Part shown: positions 62,911-64,000 of the stretch, piece after piece | Layout of the letters: every line of letters starts with the position of its first letter | How positions within the stretch are numbered: position 1 is the first letter of the stretch | From: Botryllus schlosseri | Lineage: Eukaryota | DNA length: 64,000 bases | Reading direction: 5' to 3' | Assembly: GCA_051294905.1 (NCBI GenBank) | Contig: CM119372.1 | Location: 31,436,001 to 31,500,000 of the forward strand | Translations under genes and position numbers: made by a program | Notes under the pieces: generated by a model | Database searches by the model: none | Told to the model about the DNA's origin: nothing | Seen by the model: only the letters and a program-made list of their open reading frames with translations

Positions 62911-64000
62911 CCTTTTGGGTTCGTATCGGTACTGTGGGGCTCAAATTGCAAAGGTTACTACTACGTTAAAACCTAAAAATCAAGTCGCAATGAAGCGCGC
63001 ATAGCGCGAAGAAAATTTTTTTGATTAAGCGATCAAGACACATAGCCGACTATTGTGATTCGTGATTACACGCCCTTGTGGTGATCGTTGGCTACAGAGA
63101 ATCATACACGATCAATATTCGAATATTCGAACTGTGGTGCTGGTACGTCGTGTGCAGTGCAATACACTTGGGAGTAGGGGGGCTCGAAATCGAAACCCGT
63201 CCTTTGAAAGAAAATGCCGATCCTAGCGCAATTCAGCAATTATTATGACGTTGATGCCTCCAATGTGAAGCACCGCATCTATAAACTGAACGGACCTGAG
63301 CTCTGTGAAATTGGTTGTTTTCCTAACGGCTTGCACATAACAGTAAGAGCTCGTCAGGTTAGTCAAGGTTAAACATCAGTGGTCTACCATAGCTGCCAGG
63401 AAGATTGTGTAAGGCATGGACTAAGTAGTTTCGTTAGAATATGGAGCATAGAAATGTCATATCATAGTTAGAACTTGTCGTTCCATTTTTCGTTCAAATT
63501 GTGGGTCGTGGAAAATAATACGTAGAAAATAATTTTTAGAAATAGGAATAATGGCCTGTTCTTGTAGTGAATTTTTGAAATGTTAAGAATGGACGGAATA
63601 ATCAACTATGGGAATATGTATAGGCGATTTTAATCATTAGCATCGAATGGCTATTGTATAAAAATATCCATGCTAACAAACCGTTATGTTGAAATCCCCT
63701 TCAACAAAGTTGCCACTTATATTGATGACATCTTCTTCGTTTCTCAATTCAAAATCATATCCATCGATAGACAGCAAAGCAATCTGAATGTTCATCAGAT
63801 AAAAAGCTTCAGATCGCATCGCATCGATTACCGACCAAATCTAGCGACTTGATATCGCAGATACAGTGATTAGATTCCTGGACATGTGCAATATAGGAAG
63901 ACGGATATGCAACATTCGCTGAAATAGGCCTACTTGATGGCGGAAGTGAAACATTGAGCAGTTATATTGTTCTTCAACCGCATCATCAACCCAAATTGTG

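Overview
Repeat-dense eukaryotic (invertebrate animal, possibly tunicate-like) DNA, with no prokaryotic features. The left part holds the 5' half of a minus-strand spliced gene whose eight reconstructed exons match the KIAA2012 family; its introns are filled with hAT and Tc1/mariner-pogo MITEs and a LINE 3' fragment. The centre (about 21.9-46.4 kb) is a nested stack. A decayed backbone of small paralogous ORF remnants is interrupted by (i) a young CsRn1-clade Gypsy element with identical LTRs, split just before its -1 frameshift site by a composite hAT MITE, and (ii) a PIF/Harbinger element carrying a 7.4-kb foldback element. The foldback has inverted arrays of a strictly phased 41-bp unit and is flanked by a perfect 90-bp direct duplication. 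The right part holds more MITEs, a Meta-domain tRNA SINE, hAT and Chapaev3-like transposase remnants and weak NACHT/NLR-like remnants. TA-N(3-4)-TA motifs resembling transposon excision footprints are scattered throughout. All homology calls come from recalled motifs, not database searches.
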